A stretch of 48,255 bases of DNA, from positions 1 to 48,255 of the forward strand of contig JAUVLO010000001.1 in NCBI GenBank assembly GCA_030600695.1, read 5' to 3'. How positions within the stretch are numbered: position 1 is the stretch's first letter; the number at the start of each line of letters is the position of its first letter. The position numbers and the translations under genes are program-made. The notes under the pieces were generated by a model. The model was given only the letters and a program-made list of their open reading frames with translations, had not been told where the DNA came from and made no database searches. Below, piece after piece: positions 7,756 through 17,458 of this stretch. This stretch comes from Methanosarcinales archaeon (GTDB lineage: Archaea > Halobacteriota > Methanosarcinia > Methanosarcinales > Methanocomedenaceae).

Positions 7756-9132
7756 GTGAGTAAAGTAAATATATTCATAAACAGAAAAAAGGAACTATCA
7801 TCCTTAAATAAATTTTTTGGTTCGGGCCGGGCTGAATTCATCATTATCTATGGAAGAAGACGTATCGGGAAAACCGAACTAATAAAAAAAGCCATCGAAG
7901 GACAAAAAGCAGCATACTTTTTTGTTGAACAGGCATTAGAAAAGGACAATCTGGATTCCTTCAAAAAAATCATAGCAAAAACAGTTGACAACCCATTGAT
8001 TGCAAAAGCTGACTTAACGTGGGAAGAACTATTCCGGGAAATTGCCAGAGAAGACAAATTGATCATTATTTTAGATGAATTCCCAAACCTCATATCAGGG
8101 AACAAAGCCCTTTTATCCAAATTCCAGAAAATATGGGATGAGATCCTGAAGAATACCACGATCAAACTCATATTATGCGGCTCATCGATATCAATGATGG
8201 AAAGTTACCTGCTGGACTCCAAAAGCCCGCTCTATGGAAGAAGGACAGGACAGTTATTGATAATGCCGCTAAAAGCCGTACATATACTGGACTTCGGCGT
8301 AAACTCAATTGAAGAGGCAATAAGAGTATTTGGTATTACCGACGGCATACCCGAATATATCAAAGATGTATGTTACCGGCTCGATAGTGGCGAGAAATTA
8401 GAAGAAGTATTCCAGCCGGATAAAAACCTGTATGCAGAAGCAGAAATATTAATAAAAAGTGAATTGAGGGACCCGACCAGATATTTCAAGATACTCAAGG
8501 CCATTGCCTTCGGTAATACTAAGTTTGGCGAAATCGCTAATTATACGGATTTTCCGGCACCTACAGTCTCAAAATACCTGAGCAACCTGATTAAACTGCA
8601 TATTGTAAAAGAAACCTATCCGGTTTTAAGTGATAAGGAAAGAACACGAAACCGGAGATACCATCTTTCTGATAACTATTTTAACTTTTATTTCACGTTT
8701 ATATACCCGAATAAATCTGAGATTATTTCTACTGATAGGGTAGCAGGTTTTGATGCTGATTATAATCGATATCTGGGCAGGATATTTGAAAAGGTCTCCG
8801 AAGAGTTCCTTGAGATGAATGCAAATAGACTGCCTTGTAAGTTCAATAAGATTGGGCGGTGGTGGTTCAAGGATAAGGAAATTGATATCATCGCATTGAA
8901 TGAAAGGACGAGAGAGGTTCTATTTATGGAGTGTAAATGGAGCAATTTGAACCGGAATGATGTAAAACACATTCTTGAATTACTGAGGGAAAAATCAGGG
9001 TATTTGAAATGGAACAATGATAGACGGATTGAACATTTTGGGATAATGGCAAAGAAGATACAAAATAAGGAGATGTTCAGGGAACAGGGTTTTGTGGTGT
9101 TCGATCTGGACGATTTTTTAACGTATAGGTAA
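7756..9132 (+). CDS. AAA+ ATPase (Arch_ATPase/COG1672-like) with wHTH and a C-terminal DUF234-type PD-(D/E)xK-like module
   Basis: Walker A YGRRRIGKTELI, Walker B LIIILDEF, sensor LILCGSS, C-terminal EIDIIALNERTREVLFMECKW. I prefer the GTG start at 7756 because the paralogues start at the equivalent M-V-x-K-F and the upstream part of the ORF runs through a repeat element. Confidence 0.8.
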   Translation: MSKVNIFINRKKELSSLNKFFGSGRAEFIIIYGRRRIGKTELIKKAIEGQKAAYFFVEQALEKDNLDSFKKIIAKTVDNPLIAKADLTWEELFREIAREDKLIIILDEFPNLISGNKALLSKFQKIWDEILKNTTIKLILCGSSISMMESYLLDSKSPLYGRRTGQLLIMPLKAVHILDFGVNSIEEAIRVFGITDGIPEYIKDVCYRLDSGEKLEEVFQPDKNLYAEAEILIKSELRDPTRYFKILKAIAFGNTKFGEIANYTDFPAPTVSKYLSNLIKLHIVKETYPVLSDKERTRNRRYHLSDNYFNFYFTFIYPNKSEIISTDRVAGFDADYNRYLGRIFEKVSEEFLEMNANRLPCKFNKIGRWWFKDKEIDIIALNERTREVLFMECKWSNLNRNDVKHILELLREKSGYLKWNNDRRIEHFGIMAKKIQNKEMFREQGFVVFDLDDFLTYR

Positions 9133-9371
9133 GTATATACTTTCCTGCTACTGTTTTGCCGGTGTTGCTTTCCCGCAGCGGGAACCAGTTCCCAGACATC
9201 GGCGGCGGCAAGATAGATTAGGCAGGTGAGGATGGCGGCTGTCAAGGGTTTGATGAATAGGTGCATGGGATGGGGGGGCTGAGTTAAAAAAATTCAAGGG
9301 TTGTGATTAATTACTCAATACTGTCAACAAAACCGATAAATATAATTATTGGTATGCAAATTATTATAATC

Positions 9372-10748
9372 ATGGTACCAAAATTTATTAACCGGGAAAT
9401 AGAACTGGAATTCCTGGAAAACTGCTATAAAAGTTCTTCACCCGAATTCATAGTCATATATGGCAGAAGAAGAGTAGGGAAAACCGAGCTCATACAGAGA
9501 TCATTGAAGGATAAAACTGGTGCTTATTTCCTTGCTTCAAAAGATACGACACATGAAAATCTCAACGAATTCAAGAAAAGCATTGCAGAACAATTAAATA
9601 TTCCCATATTCTCAAAGCTTGAATCAAATACATGGATCGAATTGTTTGAAAATCTTGTAGAATTCCTCGATGATGCTGAAAAGACAATAATTGTGATCGA
9701 TGAATTTTCATACCTTATAGAAGTTGACAGGGCCGTACCATCACTGTTCCAGAAAATCTGGGACCAAATACTGAAAAACAAAAATGTCATGCTTATTCTT
9801 TGCGGCTCAAGTGTCAGTTTAATGGAAACTGAAGTACTGGGGGTAAGGTCACCACTCTTCGGGAGAAGAACAGGTCAATGGGAAGTTACACAATTACATA
9901 TAGGATCAATCAGAAAGTTCCTGCCCGGGTACAATACAGAAGATGTACTTAAAACAATTTTCATGCTGGGAGGGATTCCTGCATATCTTGACAAATGGGA
10001 CGACAGAATAACAGTTTTTGAAAATATGGAAGAGCATATCCTGTCGAAAGGTAAATATCTCTATGAGGAAGCAGATTTTTTATTAAAACAGGAGTTTCGT
10101 GAGCAGTGGATATATGCGCTTATACTCAAGAAACTGTCCCTGGGATATAATTCTCTTGGGAAGCTGTATTCGGCTACAAATATGGATAAGGCCAATCTTT
10201 CAAAGTACCTGAACACGCTTGAGAATTTACATATTATACGACATATCCTGCCAATTCACAAGAGAAAAGGTGGAATATACGTGATCATTGATGATTATTT
10301 TGACTTCTGGTTCAGGTTCGTGTACAGCAACAGGGGTATGCTTGAGGTAGGAAATAAGAAAATGGTGAGGGGTAAGGTTGAGAAGGATTTCAATAGTTAT
10401 TGCGGGAGACGGTTTGAATATTTAGTTGAAAAAATGGTGGGGTGGAACTGTGTTGAGATTCCGTTTGAGTACACAGGAATTAATAAGTGGTGGCATAAAG
10501 AAGTTGAGATCGACCTTCTTGTTGTGAATGATGAAAGTAGGGAGGTTTTGTTTATGGAGTGTAAGTGGAAGAAGCTTACGTTGAAGCAGTCGTTGAAAAT
10601 CCTTGGGAAACTTGAAATTAAGGCTGAACAGGTTAATTGGAATAAGGGCAAGAGGAGGGAGTTTTTCGGTCTTGCTGCAAAGAAGATTGCAGGCAAGGAT
10701 AAGTTGAGGGAAAAGGGCTTTGTTGTTTTTGACCTGGATGATGTTTAG
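9372..10748 (+). CDS. AAA+ ATPase (Arch_ATPase/COG1672-like) with a C-terminal DUF234-type PD-(D/E)xK-like module
   Basis: Walker A YGRRRVGKTELI, Walker B IIVIDEF, sensor LILCGSS, C-terminal EVEIDLLVVNDESREVLFMECKW. It is a paralogue of 7756-9132. ATG 9372 gives MVPKFINREIEL. Confidence 0.8.
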   Translation: MVPKFINREIELEFLENCYKSSSPEFIVIYGRRRVGKTELIQRSLKDKTGAYFLASKDTTHENLNEFKKSIAEQLNIPIFSKLESNTWIELFENLVEFLDDAEKTIIVIDEFSYLIEVDRAVPSLFQKIWDQILKNKNVMLILCGSSVSLMETEVLGVRSPLFGRRTGQWEVTQLHIGSIRKFLPGYNTEDVLKTIFMLGGIPAYLDKWDDRITVFENMEEHILSKGKYLYEEADFLLKQEFREQWIYALILKKLSLGYNSLGKLYSATNMDKANLSKYLNTLENLHIIRHILPIHKRKGGIYVIIDDYFDFWFRFVYSNRGMLEVGNKKMVRGKVEKDFNSYCGRRFEYLVEKMVGWNCVEIPFEYTGINKWWHKEVEIDLLVVNDESREVLFMECKWKKLTLKQSLKILGKLEIKAEQVNWNKGKRREFFGLAAKKIAGKDKLREKGFVVFDLDDV

Positions 10749-10944
10749 GGGTTATTTGTGAAATTATTATTATAATTGTTGTACAAATAATCTGTGCGAA
10801 GATAATATTGGTCTTAAAAGAGGGGATGGAATTACTTATCAGCATAATTGTGATGCAGCCCCAGTTTCCCACCCAAAAATCAAAACCCCTATCGTATGGC
10901 CGCATGCCTCCAAAATTTCTCCTATTTGTTGGTCGTAACCATCT

Positions 10945-11619
10945 TCATTTAATTCCCATCGATTTTAGATATCCCCTCCTTACAACGTTCTCGCTTTGAA
11001 ACAACTCTAATATCGCTTTCTGCTGCGATTGAAGACTCATTAACTTAAGAAACTCGTCACCCGTACTCCCCACTGTTATTTTTCCGATTATCCCCTCTTT
11101 CAATACCTCATACACCTTTTGCGTACTTCTTACTCCAATATCAACCTCCTTCAAGCGGTTTGCGATCGTGATATCCAGCAGATACGAAAGAACGCATATT
11201 GTGTAATGTGCTCTGACATGTTTTGGCGTCCATACATTGAACGGCTGTATCTTAATGAATGATTTTACGTCTTTGAACGCCTGTTCAATCTGATTCTTGT
11301 CGAGAGCTGTGATATACTTGTATTTTTCGAGCTCCAGATGTTTAAGATTCTCATCAGAGACCATTCCCCTGTCAAAAACCAGCACTATCTCGTTATCGTT
11401 GAATTTGAACTCTGTCTTCCACTTAATCGACAAATCCTTGATCGTTTTGACATCCGCCGTGTAATCTTCAAGGATATCCCATGCAAATGGATAACCAGCT
11501 GAGTTCACCAGAAGTGAGAGAACAACTCTCTTTTTCCGAAATCCGTTGCTTTTGGTTCGCCCTGCACTCGCTAACTCGCATTTCCACCCCTCGATTCTCC
11601 ATCTTATTGGGTAGTACAT
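10945..11619 (-). mobile_element. truncated DDE transposase remnant (IS4/IS1634-like)
   Basis: 224-aa ORF with ..LVFDRGMVSDENL.. and ..HYTICVLSYLL.. resembling the central and C-terminal parts of IS4-superfamily transposases. The N-terminal third appears missing and I found no terminal inverted repeats. Confidence 0.5.
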
Positions 11620-11778
11620 TCACCTGCAATCTACCTTACACATCCAATATCCACAATCCCAGGAAATTAAACCAATCCACGAATCAAGATACAAACCAAA
11701 ATTACCAGACATACACACTTAAGATTTTCGCTTAAACACCACAAACTTTTAAACCACCTCCAACAATACTCCCCAATA

Positions 11779-12447
11779 ATGTCCTCCACCAAAACCTTCC
11801 TGAAAAACTACCTCCCCACCGCCCGCAGCGTCATCACCCAGCCCCGCCGCTTCTTCCAGGACATGCCCGTATCAGGAGGCTTCATCGAACCCATGGGTTT
11901 TGCGGTCCTGACCATCTTTATCATATCGCTTTTGTTCGCACCCATCATGCTCATATCCTGGGCCCCCTATCTTTCCCTTGAGACTGACGTGGTTTTCACC
12001 CTCATCATGATGGTCGCCATGTTCCTGTACTCCATCTTCAGCATGCTGATATCCATCCCCGTAAACGCCATCATATATCACATCCTGCTCAAGATATTAA
12101 GCGCAAAAGGCAGCTTTGAAGCCACACTGCGGGTATTCTGCTACTATCTGGCGGTCTTGCTGGCAGTACTTCCCGTTGTGGTCGTAATAGTAATTATATT
12201 CTATATTGCAGAGGTCATAGGGGCGGAAGGGATTTTATTCCAGGTACTGACGCTTGTTTTAATGCTGGCCATGATGGTATCGATCATCTATAGTTTCTAT
12301 GTACTATTTGTTGGATTCTCAGAAGTCCACCAAATCTCTATGATACGTGTGATACTGGCATTAATCGTCATCCCAAACGCCCTGTTCCTGCTACTGATGG
12401 CTCTTATGTTAGGTTTGATATTCATCACAGAATATATAGTCCTATAA
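11779..12447 (+). CDS. polytopic membrane protein (possibly Yip1-domain family)
   Basis: 222 aa with about 5 hydrophobic segments after a soluble N-terminus (..RRFFQDMPVSGGF..). The family assignment is tentative. Confidence 0.5.
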   Translation: MSSTKTFLKNYLPTARSVITQPRRFFQDMPVSGGFIEPMGFAVLTIFIISLLFAPIMLISWAPYLSLETDVVFTLIMMVAMFLYSIFSMLISIPVNAIIYHILLKILSAKGSFEATLRVFCYYLAVLLAVLPVVVVIVIIFYIAEVIGAEGILFQVLTLVLMLAMMVSIIYSFYVLFVGFSEVHQISMIRVILALIVIPNALFLLLMALMLGLIFITEYIVL

Positions 12448-12541
12448 GTGTTAGGTATCAGGATGCCAATTACTATATAAATGAGCTGGTATTGTAATAC
12501 TAATGTACTTATATACTCTTAGGTATTACAATATCAATGAT

Positions 12542-13927
12542 ATGAATATCACAGACTTCACGATCCAGAATCCCTGGTGGAAGGGAAGAAGCCACATACA
12601 AGATGATAAGCACATCATAAATTTCTCTGAAAAAAAATACCAGTGGCACTCCCCGGTATTGGATGAACTGGAACCCATACCCGGCAATATATTTTCCATA
12701 AGGGGACCCCGCCAGGTGGGAAAGACCACACTGATAAAGCTCATGATACGGTCACTGCTCGAAAAAGGCATACCTGGAAATGCCATATTCTATACCTCAT
12801 GTGACGCACTCATCGACCATATTGAACTCCTGAAACTCATACGCGCATACCTGGAAATGGCTGCATCAAGGAACCTGGACACAACATTCATCTTTCTCGA
12901 CGAGGTATCTGGCATCGAAAACTGGCAAAAGTCAGTGAAACTGCTGGTGGACTCGGGAGAACTCTCAGGCACATGCCTGGTCCTCACCGGCTCCCACACA
13001 CTTGACATCAAATACGGTTTCGAAAGGCTGCCCGGCAGGACAGGCAAACACGGCAGGGACTTTTTGCTCTTACCCCTCACCTTCAGTGAATTCGTATCCC
13101 TTGTCCGGCCCGATATCAAAGCAGGTGTTAAATCCGCCCGTTCATTGTCCCTGCATGAGATAAACCATGCGGCAACCCTGGCACTCCCCTATGAAAATGA
13201 CCTGAAGGTCCTGTTCGACCAGTATCTGGAAGTTGGTGGTTTTCCCCTTGCCATAAATGAATTCTATGCAAACCATGGGATACCTGATTATATCTATGAG
13301 GTCTACACCCGCTGGGTGATAGGTGACATTGCAAAATGGGGCAAACAGGAGAAGATATTAAAGCAGATGTTGAGAACGGCGCTGCTGAAACTGGGCACAG
13401 CCGTAAGCTGGGATTCCTTTGCAAAGGATGCAGAAATAAAAAGCCATAAGACCGTCAGTTCATATGCCGAAGACCTTGAGAACATGTTCGTCCTGTTCGT
13501 ATTATACCACATTGACCTCAATAAAAAAGCAGCCGACTATAGCAAGAACAAGAAAATATATTTTTACGACCCTTTCATCCACCACATGTTCAACCGGATG
13601 CTTAATTTCCGGGAAACGGAAATAAGCCCTGCACTTATAGAATCAGTGGCTGTGGTCCACTGTGCAAGAACTGCACAAAAAGCATTCCCGCAGGCTTCAG
13701 CTAATGATGTGGCGTTCTACTGGAAGAATAAACGCGAAACCGACATCGTACTGATCACAAAGGATAACCTGGTGGGTGTGGAAGTGAAATACCAGGAAAG
13801 AATATCAAAACAGGACTTTCAATCCCTGTATCATTTTAAGGAAGGTATTATTGCATCAAAGACCATGTTCAAGACAGGCGACGAGTATTCGGTCATTCCA
13901 GTACATATCCTGCTTGCAGTTCTTTAA
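12542..13927 (+). CDS. AAA+ ATPase (COG1373-like; AAA_14 + DUF4143-type) with a C-terminal D...E-x-K motif
   Basis: N-terminus MNITDFTIQNPWW, Walker A GPRQVGKTTLI, Walker B FIFLDEV, C-terminal ETDIVLITKDNLVGVEVKYQE. ATG 12542 is preferred over the upstream in-frame ATG at 12503. Confidence 0.8.
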   Translation: MNITDFTIQNPWWKGRSHIQDDKHIINFSEKKYQWHSPVLDELEPIPGNIFSIRGPRQVGKTTLIKLMIRSLLEKGIPGNAIFYTSCDALIDHIELLKLIRAYLEMAASRNLDTTFIFLDEVSGIENWQKSVKLLVDSGELSGTCLVLTGSHTLDIKYGFERLPGRTGKHGRDFLLLPLTFSEFVSLVRPDIKAGVKSARSLSLHEINHAATLALPYENDLKVLFDQYLEVGGFPLAINEFYANHGIPDYIYEVYTRWVIGDIAKWGKQEKILKQMLRTALLKLGTAVSWDSFAKDAEIKSHKTVSSYAEDLENMFVLFVLYHIDLNKKAADYSKNKKIYFYDPFIHHMFNRMLNFRETEISPALIESVAVVHCARTAQKAFPQASANDVAFYWKNKRETDIVLITKDNLVGVEVKYQERISKQDFQSLYHFKEGIIASKTMFKTGDEYSVIPVHILLAVL

Positions 13928-13943
13928 AAAATTGGAAATTTCA

Positions 13944-14002
13944 GACAGGATTAACAGAATTGACAGGATACGATCCAATCCTGTTTTCCTGTAAATCCTG
14001 TC
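13944..14002. repeat. heptamer-built palindrome, copy d (ACAGGAT type)
   Basis: GACAGGATTAACAGAATTGACAGGATACGATCCAATCCTGTTTTCCTGTAAATCCTGTC lies between two convergent stop codons. Its flanks resemble those of copy h (39027-39077) in the opposite orientation. Confidence 0.7.
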
Positions 14003-14015
14003 AAAATATCTGATT

Positions 14016-15209
14016 TTAGAAATCAGTCATAACCCTGTACTGGTCGATCTCAGCCTTTTGCATATCTTCCAGGAATACCTCGGTAGCCAACCTGACATCC
14101 TTGGCCTTGGTAATGGCCCTGCCCACTACTATGATGTCGGCTCCGGCAGACGTGGCATCGCTTACTTTCGCTGAACCCGCTTCCAGCTTGCCTATACCTC
14201 CGGCTACAGCCACCAGCAACTTGGGATGAACCTTCTTCATATCAGGAATGCTGCCCCATGCGTATGCGGTGTCCTCTGCATCAATAGCCCTGTGCAGTTC
14301 AATGATATCCGGCTTCACACTCAGGTCCTTCAGCACCTTGACCGGGTCAGGCACGTTGAGCATGTCAATACATGCATAGATGCCGGTCTTCTTTGCTTCC
14401 TTGATGGCCTTCTCAATAGTAGAGTACGGCGCCAGTCCAGATATTACAATAGCATCGGCAGTAGCATCAGCCACCATCCTGGCCTCAAGGTTGCCGGTAT
14501 CCAGGGTCTTCAGGTCAGCCACAATGAACGCATTGGGCCGGGCCTCGCGTATCTTTGATACCACATCCAGGCCGTAGCGCTTGATAAGCGGCGTGCCAGC
14601 CTCGATTATCAGGTGGTCGCTCTGCGGCAACTCCTTCAATATCTTCTTCACGAAATCGATATCCGGGATGTCGATAGCCACCTGCAGGTATGGCGGGTCC
14701 CATAACCTTGTCACATTGAATCCCATTATGGGATGCATGGTCCTGTCCTTCTCTTCCAGTACGGTATCAACATCAGGGAAGCCTTCCATAGCCCTCTGCA
14801 CTGCCAGCTTAGTGGCACCGTAGTTGTACCTGTATATCTTACTGTAATCCTCGGCCTGTGGATGGATGAACACGCTGGCCACCACTACCAGGTCTTCAGC
14901 CTGTTCCTTTGGTATGATACCCTCATCCATGGCATCGGCTACTGCCCGTGCCACAGCAGACTGGGCCGGCCCGAATATCTTGGCCGCACCATCCATATTC
15001 TGTACCGTCACCTTGGGTACGATAAGCGTTGCCGGCTTTGTCAGGAGGTTTGGCCGTATCACCGAGAGCAGGGGCGTGTGTCCTGCTGATAACTGGGTGA
15101 ACCCGGTGGCAAAAGCCACACCGGCCGGGCCGTTCTTATCTCCAATGATAATGTCAACGTGTGCGAGTTCCGGTTCCTCGCCAATGAGTGCTTCTCCAAT
15201 CAAAAACAA
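14016..15209 (-). CDS. fae-hps: bifunctional formaldehyde-activating enzyme / 3-hexulose-6-phosphate synthase (Fae-Hps)
   Basis: The N-terminal half ..[52 protein letters not shown].. is Fae-like. The C-terminal half is OMPDC/HPS-like (..[10 protein letters not shown].., ..VVGRAITKA..). A TTG start at 15209 preceded by GGTG gives MFLIGEAL. Confidence 0.9.
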   Translation of the reverse strand: MFLIGEALIGEEPELAHVDIIIGDKNGPAGVAFATGFTQLSAGHTPLLSVIRPNLLTKPATLIVPKVTVQNMDGAAKIFGPAQSAVARAVADAMDEGIIPKEQAEDLVVVASVFIHPQAEDYSKIYRYNYGATKLAVQRAMEGFPDVDTVLEEKDRTMHPIMGFNVTRLWDPPYLQVAIDIPDIDFVKKILKELPQSDHLIIEAGTPLIKRYGLDVVSKIREARPNAFIVADLKTLDTGNLEARMVADATADAIVISGLAPYSTIEKAIKEAKKTGIYACIDMLNVPDPVKVLKDLSVKPDIIELHRAIDAEDTAYAWGSIPDMKKVHPKLLVAVAGGIGKLEAGSAKVSDATSAGADIIVVGRAITKAKDVRLATEVFLEDMQKAEIDQYRVMTDF

Positions 15210-15332
15210 TATTATTACACCTCTAAGCGATATTAATGACAAAAAAGTATTTAAGGATACCGTGAAACCTGCCCGATAATCCACATTTCATTTCAGGAAA
15301 ACTTAATTAGCCACATCAACTCTCTATCCCCT

Positions 15333-16532
15333 ATGCCCAATACCGCAGCGGACAGTATCGGGGTCCCCCGCACCAGGATAATGTCCATCCTGACCGGGGG
15401 ATTGTTAATTGTTTTCATGTCCATCCTGTCCCTGATCCCAATGCTGCCTGCAGTATCCGGTGAACTGGATGTGGGTAAACCCATGATGGGCATAATTATG
15501 GGCTCGTTCATGGTATTCATGGCAATCCCCCAGGTACCCATCGGCGTATTTTCTGACAGGTACGGCCGCCGTCCTTTTATCACCATCGGTATCCTGGTAT
15601 TTAGCCTCGGGCTTCTCATCTTCGGAACTGCCGGTTCAGGACTACAGTTGCTGGTAGCCCGCTCTTTGTCGGGCCTGGGGGTAGCCATGTTCTTACCTGC
15701 CGCATATGCTATTGTGGGGGACATCTATCCGATCAGGGAAAGGGGGAAGGGTTTCGGCATCATCGGTCTGGCTGTGGGTCTGGGAACCGTATCCGGCTAC
15801 ATATTAGGCGGTGTGGTGGGCGGCATTTCCGGATGGAGGACCGTGTTTTTGTCCATGTTCTGGGTATCACTGGTAATTGCAGGGGTCAGCCTGTGGCTGA
15901 CCGAGACCAGCCCATGTACCAGGGATGCGAATTTCGGGATAAGAAAAATGATGGTGTCCACCCTGCTCATGTTCAGGGACCGGAGCATTTTAATGGCAGG
16001 CATGGTGAGCATGCTGTGCGGTATATCAGTTATCGGGGCATCCTACATGCTGCCTTTCTTTGCCACCGGCATTGTTTCTCCCGTTAATATGGGGTTCATA
16101 TTCATCCCTTTCGCCATAACCAGCAGCCTGGGCGCATCCGTTACCGGTGTGCTGAGTGACAGAATTGGCCGGAAACCTCCACTCATCGCCATGATCATCC
16201 TGGGGGGGAGCGCACTGCTGCTAATGTCATATGTGACCCTAAGCCCGCTGGTGATAGCCATAAATTTCGCATTTGTAGGGCTGTGCCTGGGTCCGGTGGT
16301 CACCCTGACTACAGCCATCTTGATCGACCAGGTAGTGAAAAAGGATGTCCGCATCCTTGGCACGTCATTGGGTGCGTTCAATATGATCCGGTGGCTGGGA
16401 GCCGCCGCCGGTCCTGTGGTTGCGGGTTTGATAATGGAACTGGAAGGTGCCAGGACCAGTTTCCTGGTACTGGCAGCACTTACGGGCCTGGCAACTGTTA
16501 TTGCTTTTTTCCTGAAGGAAACCATTGAATAG
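15333..16532 (+). CDS. MFS transporter
   Basis: About 12 TM segments, with the MFS loop motif GVFSDRYGRRP after TM2 and GVLSDRIGRKP in the second half. Confidence 0.85.
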   Translation: MPNTAADSIGVPRTRIMSILTGGLLIVFMSILSLIPMLPAVSGELDVGKPMMGIIMGSFMVFMAIPQVPIGVFSDRYGRRPFITIGILVFSLGLLIFGTAGSGLQLLVARSLSGLGVAMFLPAAYAIVGDIYPIRERGKGFGIIGLAVGLGTVSGYILGGVVGGISGWRTVFLSMFWVSLVIAGVSLWLTETSPCTRDANFGIRKMMVSTLLMFRDRSILMAGMVSMLCGISVIGASYMLPFFATGIVSPVNMGFIFIPFAITSSLGASVTGVLSDRIGRKPPLIAMIILGGSALLLMSYVTLSPLVIAINFAFVGLCLGPVVTLTTAILIDQVVKKDVRILGTSLGAFNMIRWLGAAAGPVVAGLIMELEGARTSFLVLAALTGLATVIAFFLKETIE

Positions 16533-16583
16533 GTAAAAAAATGTCAGGAACGTGCATAATTCAACAATTTTACTTATAGTTAT

Positions 16584-16690
16584 CTTTATATACTATTAAC
16601 ACTAACTAAAGGTTAGTAACCAAGTGTTAATAACTATGGGTTAATAACTTCATGTTAATAACCATTAGTTAATAACCTCATGTTACTAAC
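16584..16690 (+). promoter_or_regulatory. putative promoter (TATA-like box) plus HSR1/Phr-type operator palindrome and a 14-bp-period operator chain
   Basis: CTTTATATA at 16584-16592. CTAAC-TAAAG-GTTAG at 16602-16616. GTTA-N-TAAC units start at 16612, 16626, 16640, 16654, 16668 and 16682 with an exact 14-bp period, ending 26 nt before ATG 16716. Confidence 0.55.
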
Positions 16691-16715
16691 TACTGAATAA
16701 TACTCAAATATCAGG

Positions 16716-17393
16716 ATGAACAGGTCTATGGAGTCAACACAACTGCTGGATTTGCTTGGAAACGAGAACCGGAGGAATATCATCCGGCTGCTCGCCACCA
16801 GGCCCTACTATGTCAGCGAGATAGCCGAGCGCCTTGGTGTAGGTCCCAAGGCAATACTGGGGCACCTGGAACAACTTGAGCAAACCGGACTGATCCGTGC
16901 AAACACCAATGAACAGCGGCGCAAATACTACCACATAACAGAGAACCTGAAACTGGAAGTATTTGTGTCGCCGTACTCCTATACTGTAGAAACATGCACG
17001 GTCCTGCAGAAGCCACAACCAAAAAAGCCGAAAAGTCCCCACCGGGGTCCCACAGACGACTCAAAATCCGTTGAGACACTGAAAAAACTGAACACCGAAT
17101 TGTTCGAACTGGAATCCCGGAGGCGGCAGCTTGCAGACCAGCAGCACAAGATCGAAGGGGAAATGACTGATGTTATGGCGGAGTGTGTCAAATGGGTTCA
17201 TGAAGTGGCAGAAAACTACCCCGAAGAGGAGATATTAATGGCGATCCTGAGAAAACCACAGGATATGCGCTCCCTTTCCATGAGCATGGGGCTGCCCGAA
17301 TATTTCATGGAAGAACCTATACGGTCACTGATGGGCAGGGGAATAATAAACAAACGGCGAATAAACAACAGGCAGTTATTGACCCTGATCTAG
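16716..17393 (+). CDS. ArsR-family winged-helix regulator, HSR1/Phr-like heat-shock regulator
   Basis: wHTH region LLDLLGNENRRNIIRLLATRPYYVSEIAERLGVGPKAILGHLEQLEQTGLI. It is the first gene of a regulator-cdc48-hsp20 arrangement. Confidence 0.7.
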   Translation: MNRSMESTQLLDLLGNENRRNIIRLLATRPYYVSEIAERLGVGPKAILGHLEQLEQTGLIRANTNEQRRKYYHITENLKLEVFVSPYSYTVETCTVLQKPQPKKPKSPHRGPTDDSKSVETLKKLNTELFELESRRRQLADQQHKIEGEMTDVMAECVKWVHEVAENYPEEEILMAILRKPQDMRSLSMSMGLPEYFMEEPIRSLMGRGIINKRRINNRQLLTLI

Positions 17394-17458
17394 AGCGGCA
17401 AGTAATAAATACTATTCATTAACAGATATACATAAGAGAAAGTAAAGGAGGCAAAAAA

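Noticed and set aside
9133-9300. GC-rich intergenic hairpins (for example CCCGCAGCGGG) between the two ATPase paralogues, compared with the 7594-7641 element
   Set aside because: There is no alignable similarity beyond a few nucleotides. The 168-aa minus ORF covering it (8760-9266) is mostly antisense to the ATPase gene.
11620-11778. C/A-rich, almost G-free 160-nt stretch upstream of the membrane protein gene, considered as a possible ncRNA or IS end
   Set aside because: I could see no secondary structure, repeat partner or conserved motif. It is probably decayed IS-flanking or promoter sequence.
15210-15284. 25-codon N-terminal extension of fae-hps
   Set aside because: Fae-type proteins start directly at M-F/x-x-I-G-E-A-L. 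The TTG at 15209 has a GGTG ribosome-binding site 9 nt upstream. The extension is AT-rich promoter-like sequence.
15293-16525. Minus-strand ORFs of 143 aa (15293-15724), 71 aa (15797-16012) and 160 aa (16043-16525) opposite the MFS transporter
   Set aside because: The plus frame shows canonical MFS motifs and 12 TM segments. The minus frames are shadow ORFs.
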